60,728 nt of DNA from contig JAZSNA010000025.1 in the NCBI GenBank assembly GCA_045536135.1, positions 1 through 60,728 on the forward strand. The letters are read 5' to 3'. Both the position numbers and the translations under genes were made by a program. This DNA comes from Alphaproteobacteria bacterium (GTDB lineage: Bacteria; Pseudomonadota; Alphaproteobacteria; CAAHEQ01; UBA3637). The notes beneath the pieces were generated by a model. It was not told the origin of the DNA and ran no database searches. It saw only the letters and a program-made list of their open reading frames with translations. This document shows, piece after piece, positions 1 through 10,208 of the stretch (positions within the stretch are counted from its first letter, which is position 1; every line of letters starts with the position of its first letter).

Positions 1-948
1 AATTCATGTGAAGATGCCAATGCAGTCTATATCACATTCCCATACCCACCCGTGGAAGGGGGTGTGGTGGCTGAACCAGCATCTTGTGATTCTGATGAAT
101 ATTTTAGCAATGGCTCATGTCATTCTTGCCCGTCGAGTGCGACTTGTGACGGAACAGCCAATGTGAATTGTGGTACCGGTAAGTATTTTGATGATGGGCG
201 GTGTTATTCTTGTCCATCGGATGCGACTTGTGATGGAACGGCGAATGTGATTTGTTCGGATACTAGTAAGTATTTTGATGCTTTTTGGCAGAGCTGTAGA
301 TCTTGTCCGGCTGATGCCACTTGCGATGGAACGGCTAATCCACAATGTTCAGATGGTAAAGTTGGGAATTATTATGCTGGCAGTTGGGTATGTTGTTCCA
401 CCAATGAGTATTTTGATGGTTGGAGCTGTTATTCTTGCCCGTTGGGTACAATTTGTGATGGAACGGAAAACCGTTCTTGTTCCGAAGGAAATGAATTGAT
501 TTATTATGACTGGGATTCCACGGATGTCTGTTGCCCAATCGGAACAACCGAAGTCGGGTTCGATCAATGGGACAGTTATGAATGCTGTGATCCGGAAACA
601 GAAACTCTTGTCGGTGGAATATGGGGAAGTATGCAATGTTGCACAAAAGGATATGATGACGGGTGTTGTCCTGAAAAAGGATTTTATGCTTTTTATTTGG
701 ATGATTATGTTTGTTGTTCCAATTCGGATACAGGGGTCGACGAAGAGGGTAATTGTATTTCATGTCCTAATGGAACCGGTAATATAGGTAATGGCTATTA
801 TCAACGTTGTTGCACCAATGATGAAAGCTTGATTAAGGTAAACTCTTGGATGAATGTATGTTGTCCAAAAGGGGCAACTTCTGCCGAGGATGATAGGACT
901 GCTGCTTCCGGATACCGCTGTTATGATGCTGATGGTGAAGAATTGTGA
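1..948 (+). CDS. Cys-rich repeat surface protein, 5' end outside window (paralog of 48349..49242 and 54415..55608)
   Basis: The frame is open from nt 1 (NSCEDANAVYITFPYPP...). Nt 1-50 are identical to 48730-48779. Four CxxCP-x-(D/S)ATCDG units are followed by a CC-dipeptide-rich module; stop TGA at 946-948. Confidence 0.75.
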   Translation, partial: NSCEDANAVYITFPYPPVEGGVVAEPASCDSDEYFSNGSCHSCPSSATCDGTANVNCGTGKYFDDGRCYSCPSDATCDGTANVICSDTSKYFDAFWQSCRSCPADATCDGTANPQCSDGKVGNYYAGSWVCCSTNEYFDGWSCYSCPLGTICDGTENRSCSEGNELIYYDWDSTDVCCPIGTTEVGFDQWDSYECCDPETETLVGGIWGSMQCCTKGYDDGCCPEKGFYAFYLDDYVCCSNSDTGVDEEGNCISCPNGTGNIGNGYYQRCCTNDESLIKVNSWMNVCCPKGATSAEDDRTAASGYRCYDADGEEL

Positions 949-1028
949 CGGATCGAAAAATGTCATATGCACCAGTGGGATTTGGAATGGTTGGAGGTGT
1001 GCGTGGTGTGGAATGGGATGACGGATGT

Positions 1029-1748
1029 TTAATCCTCATCCCATTTTAACGAAAAACCGCTATTGTGTGTGGCATTGGGGACAATCACAGCATCTCTTGG
1101 ATCAACACGTTTTAATGTCAGCGAAGGCGGTATCACCCGATCCTTTTGACCGATATAATGTTTTTGAGGGACGGCTGGTATTTTTTCCAAATCCAATGAT
1201 TGGCTTAACGGCGTATCATTCCAATAATTTGTCCAATCGGTATGATTGATTAAACCGGCCACGGTTATCCATTGTTGAACTTTGATTTGCGGGAATTTTT
1301 CAATGACTAATCCACTCATCAATGCGCCACCGGAATATCCGATTAATATCACTTTTCGGTTTTGGGCTATTTTTTCAATCGCCTGTCCCATAGAAGCCAC
1401 ATTTTTTTCAGAAAAACGACCGTCGGTCCAATCCGTTTTTCGGCAAATATCCGACATTATATATTGACAAGGACGACCCAGATAGACCACATTATGATGT
1501 GTATCCGAAAATGCCAATGAACGAAAATAATTGTCCCTTGGGGTCGGATTTTGACTAGACATCCCCTTGTGATTAAAGGCATATCCATCCCCTTCGATAT
1601 AAACATATAAAGGCTTGGACGGTGATTTTATTTTTTGCCATGAAGCCAATGTATGGACGGATGTTTTTATCGGTATATATTGAAAATCCGACGGTATATG
1701 AGACCGACATCCGATAAGAGTTAAAAATATAATCCATAAAATTTTCAT
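1029..1748 (-). CDS. lipoprotein, alpha/beta-hydrolase fold (GYSGG nucleophile elbow)
   Basis: Lipobox LTLIGC at the N-terminus; a GYSGG motif plus downstream D/H candidates. The family is not recognised more precisely. Confidence 0.6.
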   Translation of the reverse strand: MKILWIIFLTLIGCRSHIPSDFQYIPIKTSVHTLASWQKIKSPSKPLYVYIEGDGYAFNHKGMSSQNPTPRDNYFRSLAFSDTHHNVVYLGRPCQYIMSDICRKTDWTDGRFSEKNVASMGQAIEKIAQNRKVILIGYSGGALMSGLVIEKFPQIKVQQWITVAGLINHTDWTNYWNDTPLSQSLDLEKIPAVPQKHYIGQKDRVIPPSLTLKRVDPRDAVIVPNATHNSGFSLKWDED

Positions 1749-1822
1749 TTCATTTGGCCTTTAAGACTATCTTAATCAATTTATTAAATTCTGTCAAAAT
1801 ATTTCAAAGTCGTTTTTAAGAC

Positions 1823-1851
1823 TTGACTTTTCGGGATATCTTTTGTATCTT
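1823..1851 (+). promoter_or_regulatory. sigma70-like promoter TTGACT-N17-TATCTT upstream of mutT
   Basis: Hexamers and spacing read directly; preceded by AAGAC as at other predicted promoters in this window. Confidence 0.4.
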
Positions 1852-1880
1852 TAATTTGTTCTTTATCAGGAGTATTTATT

Positions 1881-2270
1881 ATGGTCAAAATTTCGGCGGG
1901 CATTATTGAATACAACGGCAAATATCTGATCGGCCGACGGCGGTTAGATAAAAGTTTCGGCGGGCTTTGGGAATTCCCCGGCGGAAAAATCGAAGTCGGC
2001 GAATTACCCGAAGAAACCTTGAAAAGGGAAATTAAGGAAGAATTTGATATTGATATTGAAGTCGGGGCCTATTTCATGACCAGTGATGTCGAAACTGATA
2101 TAGCCCATTTATCGATGCAAGTTTTCTTTGCCAAATGGGATGGACAAGGTAAAATCAAAATTTGTGACCATGAAGAATTTAAATTTATTGATTTATCCGA
2201 ATTGGATAACTTTAAGTTTGCACCGGCGGATTTGCCGATTATAAAAAAATTGAAAGGATTAGATCAATGA
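1881..2270 (+). CDS. mutT: NUDIX hydrolase, MutT-like 8-oxo-dGTP diphosphatase
   Basis: Nudix box GGKIEVGELPEETLKREIKEEFDI; size 129 aa. Confidence 0.85.
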   Translation: MVKISAGIIEYNGKYLIGRRRLDKSFGGLWEFPGGKIEVGELPEETLKREIKEEFDIDIEVGAYFMTSDVETDIAHLSMQVFFAKWDGQGKIKICDHEEFKFIDLSELDNFKFAPADLPIIKKLKGLDQ

Positions 2271-2911
2271 CAGAAATGTTTTTCCCTGGACCTGCCGGAA
2301 GATTAGAGGGGCAATATCAAGCCTCTAACAGAAAAAATGCCCCAATTGCCTTGGTTATTCATCCCAATCCGCAAATGGGCGGAACAATGAATAATAAAGT
2401 CGTCTATACAATGTATCAGGCTTTTTCGTCATTGGATTACTCTGTTTTGCGGTTTAATTTTCGAGGTGTCGGAAAATCAACCGGCGTGTTCGACGGCGAT
2501 CCCGAAAATGAATTGGCCGATGTATTGGCCGCTTTGGATTGGTTGAAGTTTTTAAATCCGGAATCTTTTGAATGTTGGATTTCCGGTTATTCTTTCGGTG
2601 CAATGGTTGCCTTACAAGCTTTAATCCGCCGACCGGATATTTCCGGATTTGTCGCGGTATCCCCACCGGCAGATGCTTGTGCTTTTGCTTGCCCGTCACC
2701 AATTCCCGGTTTAGTCATTCACGGGGATATGGATACAGTCGTGCCGGAAGCTTCGGTTGCCAGTTTTGTCAAAAACTTAAAACCAAAACCCAACTTCCCA
2801 ATAAGATATAATGTCGTTCGGCAAGCCGGTCATTTATATAACGGACACTTGCGGGCTGTGTTTACTTCTATTGCTAAAAATGTGCCTGAACTTATTGATA
2901 GTCAAAAATGA
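2267..2911 (+). CDS. alpha/beta hydrolase (COG2945-like)
   Basis: GYSFG nucleophile motif, GDMD and AGH triad candidates; ATGA overlap with mutT. Confidence 0.7.
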   Translation: MTEMFFPGPAGRLEGQYQASNRKNAPIALVIHPNPQMGGTMNNKVVYTMYQAFSSLDYSVLRFNFRGVGKSTGVFDGDPENELADVLAALDWLKFLNPESFECWISGYSFGAMVALQALIRRPDISGFVAVSPPADACAFACPSPIPGLVIHGDMDTVVPEASVASFVKNLKPKPNFPIRYNVVRQAGHLYNGHLRAVFTSIAKNVPELIDSQK

Positions 2912-5007
2912 AAGCTTTCTTTTTAAAACTTTTTGATCGTTTGATATCTCTGATTTATATCGGAGTTGGATTATTTGTCTTTTTATCTTTGTTTTCATAT
3001 CATCGGAACGATGTTTCTTTTTATACAACTTCGGATTTTGTCATTCACAATTGGATGGGCGTATTCGGGGCATATTGTTCTGACTTTTTATTTCAATGGT
3101 TCGGATATGCTTCTTATTTAATTCCGATTTTTTGTTTTTTCTGGGGGCTGAACGGATTGTTAAAAGAACATATTCCCGTTCGCTTTTATCGTATTTTTGT
3201 TTTACTTATCACAATTTTTGTCAGTTCTGTTTTCTTGGGATATAAAACAGACGGCGGAACAATCGGTATTCTTTTTCATCATCATTTTCCATCCATTCAT
3301 CCCATTTATATCTTTATCCCTTGGATTATTTGTATGTCTTTATTCGTTTGGATTTCAACAATTCCAATCAAAAAAATGATGATCGGATTATGGCGATATA
3401 AAAATATTTTCTATTTCAAAAAGGTGGCTCCTCGGCCGATTATTAAACCGAAACCCGCTCCAAAAAAAATTTCTCGAAAAGCACCGGCTATACCGGTTCG
3501 CAAAAAAGTTATCGCATCAAGCCAATGGTCATTGCCATCAATTGATTTATTAAATAATCCAAAGGCTCAAAAAGAAAATTACCTGTCAAAAGAAATGCGG
3601 GAAGTCATCGGCAAACAAATCGAAGAAGAATTGCTTCAATTCGGTGTTCGAGGACGAATTGTCCGTTCCTCCCCCGGACCAGTCGTGACCTTATATGAAT
3701 TCGAACCGTCTGCGGGGGTTAAAATATCTCGTGTTATCGGATTGGCGGATAATATCGCCCTTAAAATGCGAGTCATATCCGTCCGGATGGAGGTCATTCC
3801 GGGAACAAATGTCATCGGTATCGAAATACCGAATGAAAACCGCTTAACCGTGTATATCAAAGAACTGGTTGACTTGGACAGTTTTATGGAAAGTCCGTTT
3901 ATTCTGCCGATTATTTTGGGAAAAAATATCGCCGGAACGCCTTTTGTGGCCGACTTGGCCAAAATGCCGCATTTACTTGTTGCCGGCACGACAGGTTCCG
4001 GTAAATCCGTGGCGATTAACACCTTTATTCTTTCGTTATTATATAAATGGACACCCGATCAATGTCGTATGATTATGGTTGATCCCAAAATGTTGGAGTT
4101 ATCTGTTTACAACGGTATCCCTCACTTGTTAACGCCTGTTGTCACAGATTCATCCAAAGCCGTCGTCGCTTTAAAATGGGCCGTACGGGAAATGGAAGAC
4201 CGTTATCGGGCAATGGCCGAACTGGGGGTTCGAAATATCGACGGATATAACCAAAAAGTGACCGAAGCCAAAGAAAAAGGTATAGATTTGTCTCGCAGTG
4301 TCCAAACCGGATTTGATCCGGAAACCGGAAAACCGATTATTGAAAAAATTCAAATTGATTTAACTCCGATGCCGTTTATCGTAATCGTCGTTGATGAAAT
4401 GGCTGATTTAATGTTGGTCGCCGGAAAAGAAGTTGAAGGCGCTATCCAACGTTTGGCTCAAATGGCTCGGGCCGCAGGCATTCATCTCATCATGGCGACT
4501 CAACGACCGTCCGTTGATGTTATTACCGGAACAATCAAAGCTAACTTCCCGACCCGTATTTCATTCCAAGTGACATCCAAAATCGATTCCAGAACAATCT
4601 TAAATGAACAAGGTGCCGAACAATTGCTTGGCAAAGGGGATATGTTATATATGCCGGCCGGTCGTAAGCCGATGCGTCTGCACGGTCCTTTCGTTGACGA
4701 TAACGAAGTTGAAAAAGTTGTCAATTTTTGGAAAAATCAAGGTTCCGCAAATTATGTCGAAGCCGTATTGGAAGAAAGCGAAGAAGATACGGGACCGATT
4801 TTCGATCAAACGCCCATGGGTCGTGAAGGCGGTAATTTATATGAAAAAGCCATTGAAATTGTTCGACGGGACAATAAACCTTCTATCTCATATATTCAAC
4901 GACAATTACGTATCGGATACAACAAAGCTGCAACCTTGATTGAAAAAATGGAAGCAGACGGGATTGTCAGCAAGCCGGCGATTAACGGGAAAAGAGAAGT
5001 TTTATAA
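2908..5007 (+). CDS. ftsK: DNA translocase FtsK
   Basis: N-terminal TM segments, Walker A GTTGSGKS, VVDEMADLM, ATQRPSVDVITG, and a winged-helix gamma domain (ISYIQRQLRIGYNKAA). Confidence 0.95.
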   Translation: MKAFFLKLFDRLISLIYIGVGLFVFLSLFSYHRNDVSFYTTSDFVIHNWMGVFGAYCSDFLFQWFGYASYLIPIFCFFWGLNGLLKEHIPVRFYRIFVLLITIFVSSVFLGYKTDGGTIGILFHHHFPSIHPIYIFIPWIICMSLFVWISTIPIKKMMIGLWRYKNIFYFKKVAPRPIIKPKPAPKKISRKAPAIPVRKKVIASSQWSLPSIDLLNNPKAQKENYLSKEMREVIGKQIEEELLQFGVRGRIVRSSPGPVVTLYEFEPSAGVKISRVIGLADNIALKMRVISVRMEVIPGTNVIGIEIPNENRLTVYIKELVDLDSFMESPFILPIILGKNIAGTPFVADLAKMPHLLVAGTTGSGKSVAINTFILSLLYKWTPDQCRMIMVDPKMLELSVYNGIPHLLTPVVTDSSKAVVALKWAVREMEDRYRAMAELGVRNIDGYNQKVTEAKEKGIDLSRSVQTGFDPETGKPIIEKIQIDLTPMPFIVIVVDEMADLMLVAGKEVEGAIQRLAQMARAAGIHLIMATQRPSVDVITGTIKANFPTRISFQVTSKIDSRTILNEQGAEQLLGKGDMLYMPAGRKPMRLHGPFVDDNEVEKVVNFWKNQGSANYVEAVLEESEEDTGPIFDQTPMGREGGNLYEKAIEIVRRDNKPSISYIQRQLRIGYNKAATLIEKMEADGIVSKPAINGKREVL

Positions 5008-5014
5008 AAAAGAC

Positions 5015-5042
5015 TTGACACTTTGCTATTCTGACATACAAT
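5015..5042 (+). promoter_or_regulatory. sigma70-like promoter TTGACA-N16-TACAAT
   Basis: Near-consensus hexamers. The -10 ends 7 nt before the ATG at 5050 and there is no Shine-Dalgarno, so the mRNA may be leaderless. Confidence 0.5.
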
Positions 5043-5049
5043 TATACGT

Positions 5050-5466
5050 ATGAAGAAAGTATTTTTAATCTTATCCGTGTTTTTGTTATCCGCCTGTACC
5101 AGCGGTAATTATAATTATCAAATGCCAACCGCCGGCATTGCCGAAGTTGCAACCAAAGGTTCGACTAAATTAAAATATAAAGATTATGAAGTATTGGGAA
5201 CTGTTCGGGGGGAATATCAACGAAATTGTTTTTTATTGGATTTATTCTGTTTTGGCGATGCCTTTATTTATGATGATCTGGTTCAAAAATCAATTCAAAT
5301 GGGCGGAAATACAATTTTATATTCCGTTGTTGATGAGGAACGATCATCTTTATTTTGGACATTAATTTATTCTCAAAAAAGAATGAAGGCCAACGCTTTG
5401 GCAATTAAAGTTCGACAGGATTTTGAAAAACCAAACTCAAAAGCCCTAACCGTATATGCAGATTAA
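5050..5466 (+). CDS. lipoprotein, unknown function
   Basis: Signal peptide with lipobox LLSAC. Confidence 0.55.
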   Translation: MKKVFLILSVFLLSACTSGNYNYQMPTAGIAEVATKGSTKLKYKDYEVLGTVRGEYQRNCFLLDLFCFGDAFIYDDLVQKSIQMGGNTILYSVVDEERSSLFWTLIYSQKRMKANALAIKVRQDFEKPNSKALTVYAD

Positions 5467-5560
5467 ACATATTCGGATATAATAATTCTATTTTTACTTT
5501 ATTTTTTTATTGATAAAATACAATCCCCTGTGCGATAATTTAACGCATGGGAGAAGTAAT

Positions 5561-5686
5561 ATGACAAAAGAACTTAATTCTTATATGACGGATATTTTAA
5601 ATTTTTTCTCAACACAAACCGATTCCACCGAGCAAAGTGAAACAGATAATAAACGTGCGACGCTTCAAGACGACTTAGAACAATGA
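5561..5686 (+). CDS. small acidic hypothetical protein (41 aa)
   Basis: ATG preceded by GGGAGAAG; a TTGATA-N18-GATAAT-like promoter lies upstream. Not in the ORF track because it is under 60 aa. Confidence 0.25.
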   Translation: MTKELNSYMTDILNFFSTQTDSTEQSETDNKRATLQDDLEQ

Positions 5687-5815
5687 TTCTAATTGATCAG
5701 CGATCCAAGCTAAACCGTAAATAATGGCATCCAATACATCTATCGGTGTCCAACCAAAGGCCAAAAAAGCGGCCAAACAAATAATCACTGTCCATATTGC
5801 AAAACTTTTCATCAT
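5675..5815 (-). CDS. small membrane protein (46 aa)
   Basis: Internal start MMKSFAIW with AAAGGA upstream; one or two hydrophobic helices. The longer track ORF extends into the divergent ycgN gene. Confidence 0.35.
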   Translation of the reverse strand: MMKSFAIWTVIICLAAFLAFGWTPIDVLDAIIYGLAWIADQLESLF

Positions 5816-5857
5816 AAAGTCCTTTCTTTTTTGATATAATTCGATTATAATAAAGGG

Positions 5858-6292
5858 ATGATAAAAAATCAAGACTTTTTTTGGCTCAAAAAGAAATGGT
5901 TCGAATTTTCCGAGGAAGAGTGGGAAAGTGTGTGTGATTTTTGTGGAAAGTGTTGTCTTCACAAAATCGGTTTTTTAAAGGTTAAATGGACAAAAGTTGC
6001 TTGTCAAAATCTCAATATCAAAACTGGCAAGTGTTCTTGTTATGCAAACCGATGGGACAGTGTACCTGAATGTATAAAACTTACCCCTCAAAATTTGAAA
6101 AAAAATTTAAAGTATCTTCCAAAAACATGTGCTTACAAGTGGTTGTATAAAAAAGGCATTTTACCCCCCTTTCATCCATTGGTTTGCGGACGAAGCATGA
6201 AAACCAGCGGTTTATCCGTAGTCAACCGAGCCATCGCTTATGATAAAAATATAGATTTAAACAGTTGCGTGGTTAAATGGGATGACATATAA
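5858..6292 (+). CDS. ycgN: UPF0260 cysteine-cluster protein YcgN-like
   Basis: EWESVCDFCGKCCLHK ... VACQNLNIKTGKCSCY ... PECIKLT ... PKTCAY matches the E. coli YcgN pattern as I recall it. Confidence 0.8.
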   Translation: MIKNQDFFWLKKKWFEFSEEEWESVCDFCGKCCLHKIGFLKVKWTKVACQNLNIKTGKCSCYANRWDSVPECIKLTPQNLKKNLKYLPKTCAYKWLYKKGILPPFHPLVCGRSMKTSGLSVVNRAIAYDKNIDLNSCVVKWDDI

Positions 6293-6926
6293 AATTATCC
6301 GAAATTTTAGGCAAAAAAGTATTCGATTACGGATTGATCAACGAACCGGAGAAGTTATTGTTTCGGCGCCGATATTATATCCCAAAAAATTAATTGAAAA
6401 TTTTATTTCAAAAAATCAAGATTGGATTACTCAACATCAAATCTGTAAAAAAACTTTTAAACCGAATGATGAAATTTATGTTTACGGCAAAAAATATACC
6501 TTATGTTTATCTGAAAATCGATGTCATACCCATATTGACGGGCATTTGATAATTGTGGGCGGAGAAATTGAACATTTTCATCGACGAATAAAGGATTTTT
6601 TGAAGAAAAAAGCCATGGAAATTATTCATACTCAAACCCTTTTTTACGCCCAAAAAATGAATATTAAATTTAAAAATATCCGGATTCGGGATACCGTTTC
6701 ACGTTGGGGGAGTTGTTCGGTTGACGGTAATTTATCTTTTTGTTGGCGGTTAATATTAACATATCCCGAAGTTTTAGATTATGTCGTTATTCATGAATTA
6801 GCTCATATCAAATATATGAATCACGGGCGAGATTTTTGGACTTTGGTCAGTCAATATTGTCCTCAATACAAACAACGAAATGCACAATTAAAAAAAGATG
6901 GCATTTTTTTACAACAATATTTATAA
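6282..6926 (+). CDS. DUF45/YgjP-type metal-dependent hydrolase
   Basis: Zinc motif HELAHIKYMNHGRDFW near the C-terminus; size 214 aa. Confidence 0.8.
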   Translation: MTYKIIRNFRQKSIRLRIDQRTGEVIVSAPILYPKKLIENFISKNQDWITQHQICKKTFKPNDEIYVYGKKYTLCLSENRCHTHIDGHLIIVGGEIEHFHRRIKDFLKKKAMEIIHTQTLFYAQKMNIKFKNIRIRDTVSRWGSCSVDGNLSFCWRLILTYPEVLDYVVIHELAHIKYMNHGRDFWTLVSQYCPQYKQRNAQLKKDGIFLQQYL

Positions 6927-6958
6927 ATTATTCTTGATTTTTTAATCGTATCGGATAA

Positions 6959-8299
<1,341 letters not shown>

Positions 8300-8303
<4 letters not shown>

Positions 8304-8785
8304 GACCAGAAATTCCTGTTATTCGTCAAGCCTCTTTATTAAAATTGTCATTACCGCGGTATCGGGATGGCGTTGGAACAATTTTGGATGTTTTTTCGGC
8401 AAATATCGATACAATTCAGTTAGATCCCGGCGAAATACATGAAATTTCCCTTGGTTTTACAATGGCCTTACCTTTGGGGTTAGAGGCTCAAATCCGTTCA
8501 TCCGATATCTTATTAAAAGAAGGGGTCACCGTATTGGGCGGTATCAAAACCATTGATGCATCTCATCGGGATGAAATTAAAATTTATTTAATCAATCAAT
8601 CCGAAAAATCCTGTCTGATTCGTCGAGGCCAGGTTGTCGCCGAAATGATTTTTGCCCCGGTTGTTCGAATAAAATGGGATGAAATTGAAATGACATCATC
8701 CACCAATACCTCCCAAAACCAACCATCGCCTCCATCGGAACAAAATACATCGGATACATCATCTGATGACGGAGAAAAAGAATGA
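8300..8785 (+). CDS. dUTPase-fold protein with degenerate motifs and low-complexity acidic tail
   Basis: Colinear with E. coli Dut motifs I-IV (ILDV; RSS; IDASHRDEI; VVAEMIF). Motif V is absent and replaced by an S/T/N/Q/D-rich tail. Confidence 0.6.
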
Positions 8786-9219
8786 AATACTTCGTGCTAT
8801 TCTTCCTTTTATCCTTTGGAATTTATGCACAAAATGAATATGGTTTTTTGAAAAATAACCCTTCTAATTTACGAGTCGGTCCCGGAAAACGATTTCCGAT
8901 TATTTGGGTTTATCAACAAAAAAATTTACCGGTAAAAATTATTGATACTTATCCAGATTGGTATAAAATTGAAGATAAATGGGGACAAACCGGATGGGTA
9001 GCCAAACAAAATATTTCAACCCAAAAAAAAATGGCAATGACCAACGATGACGGTGAAGTTTTAATGTATAAAAAAGCGAATAAAAAATCACCGCTTAATG
9101 CCATTTTAAAAGGACGTTTTATTTTAACCGTTAAAAAATGTGATAGAGATTTCTGTTTCGTTGAAATTCCGAATTACAAGGGATATATATTACGTCAAGA
9201 TTTGTGGGGTGATGTATGA
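8782..9219 (+). CDS. SH3-like (DUF1058-type) secreted protein
   Basis: Signal peptide; NLRVGPGKRFPIIWVYQQKNLPVKII..WYKIED..GQTGWV. Confidence 0.7.
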   Translation: MKYFVLFFLLSFGIYAQNEYGFLKNNPSNLRVGPGKRFPIIWVYQQKNLPVKIIDTYPDWYKIEDKWGQTGWVAKQNISTQKKMAMTNDDGEVLMYKKANKKSPLNAILKGRFILTVKKCDRDFCFVEIPNYKGYILRQDLWGDV

Positions 9220-10208
9220 AGTTTTTTTTCTTCTTTTTCTTTTTTTGTATTTCGCTGTCGGCAAACACTTCTGTCAAGGGTTGGACACCATCCGGTCCGA
9301 TTGAATATACCAAAGAAGCTGTTCGGGAAAATTTAATCTGGGATATTGAAAAAAAATGTTTAATCAAATATTTCGGAGGATATAATCCGGCTCTTTTTAT
9401 TAAATTAACCAAAGATGAATGCCTTGATACCGGATACCACGAAGTTCAAATTTTGAACAATAATTTACCACATGCGGAATTAAAGGGGTATTTTTTAGGG
9501 GGATATTTTTTGGGCAATACTCCACTCAATGCAGTTTTATTAAAAAGGTCCGCCGAACCGGACGGCCATCAAAATCTGTTTTATTATATTGATTCATCAA
9601 AAGATCTTGAAGCCGTTTTCTTGGGCAAAATGGTTCAAAATAATGATTTTGACATGAATGTTTGTGATGCCTTTGACTTAATTATTGTTTCAGATAATAA
9701 ACTTTTATTTACGGATGAGCTTGTTCGAGGCAATTTATTTTTATTAGCCCAAAATTATGCCGCTAAAATTTGTCCCAATACAAAAAAAATGATTGTTCGC
9801 TTTTCAGATAATCCCGAAACCTATCATCAAGAGTATCTTCAAACTTACTATTTTAAAAAAGAGTATAATCGTTGGGTGACAGATAAACCCTTACCTTTAT
9901 TTTCGCAGACTAAAATTGAAAATCCGATTCACTTGATTTTAACAGCCAATATATTTAATCAAAAAGCCGCCGGACGATTAATTGCCCATATTTATCAAAA
10001 AGGAGATACATTTTGGACAGATTATCCATTTGTAATGGAGGTCAAATCCAAAACGGATTTAGGATGGTTTATGATTGATGGCGAGATTGAGGCGATGAAT
10101 AATTTCGACAAAAAAAGATCCGGAATTCCGATTGATGAATGGGCCGGTTATCTTTATATTCAATCATCACAAAAATGTGGAGAAGTCAAATGTACCGATA
10201 TCCAATAA
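9216..10208 (+). CDS. secreted hypothetical protein
   Basis: Signal peptide MKFFFFFFFFCISLSA; no recognisable domain. Confidence 0.5.
   Translation: MKFFFFFFFFCISLSANTSVKGWTPSGPIEYTKEAVRENLIWDIEKKCLIKYFGGYNPALFIKLTKDECLDTGYHEVQILNNNLPHAELKGYFLGGYFLGNTPLNAVLLKRSAEPDGHQNLFYYIDSSKDLEAVFLGKMVQNNDFDMNVCDAFDLIIVSDNKLLFTDELVRGNLFLLAQNYAAKICPNTKKMIVRFSDNPETYHQEYLQTYYFKKEYNRWVTDKPLPLFSQTKIENPIHLILTANIFNQKAAGRLIAHIYQKGDTFWTDYPFVMEVKSKTDLGWFMIDGEIEAMNNFDKKRSGIPIDEWAGYLYIQSSQKCGEVKCTDIQ

Noticed and set aside
115-763. Several antisense or overlapping ORFs inside the first Cys-repeat gene (115..345-, 275..499+, 335..763-, 349..636-, 506..787+)
   Set aside because: They are shadow frames of a repeat-rich gene. 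Their translations are low-complexity (R/T/I/H-rich) with no motifs, and they overlap a frame with clear paralog support.
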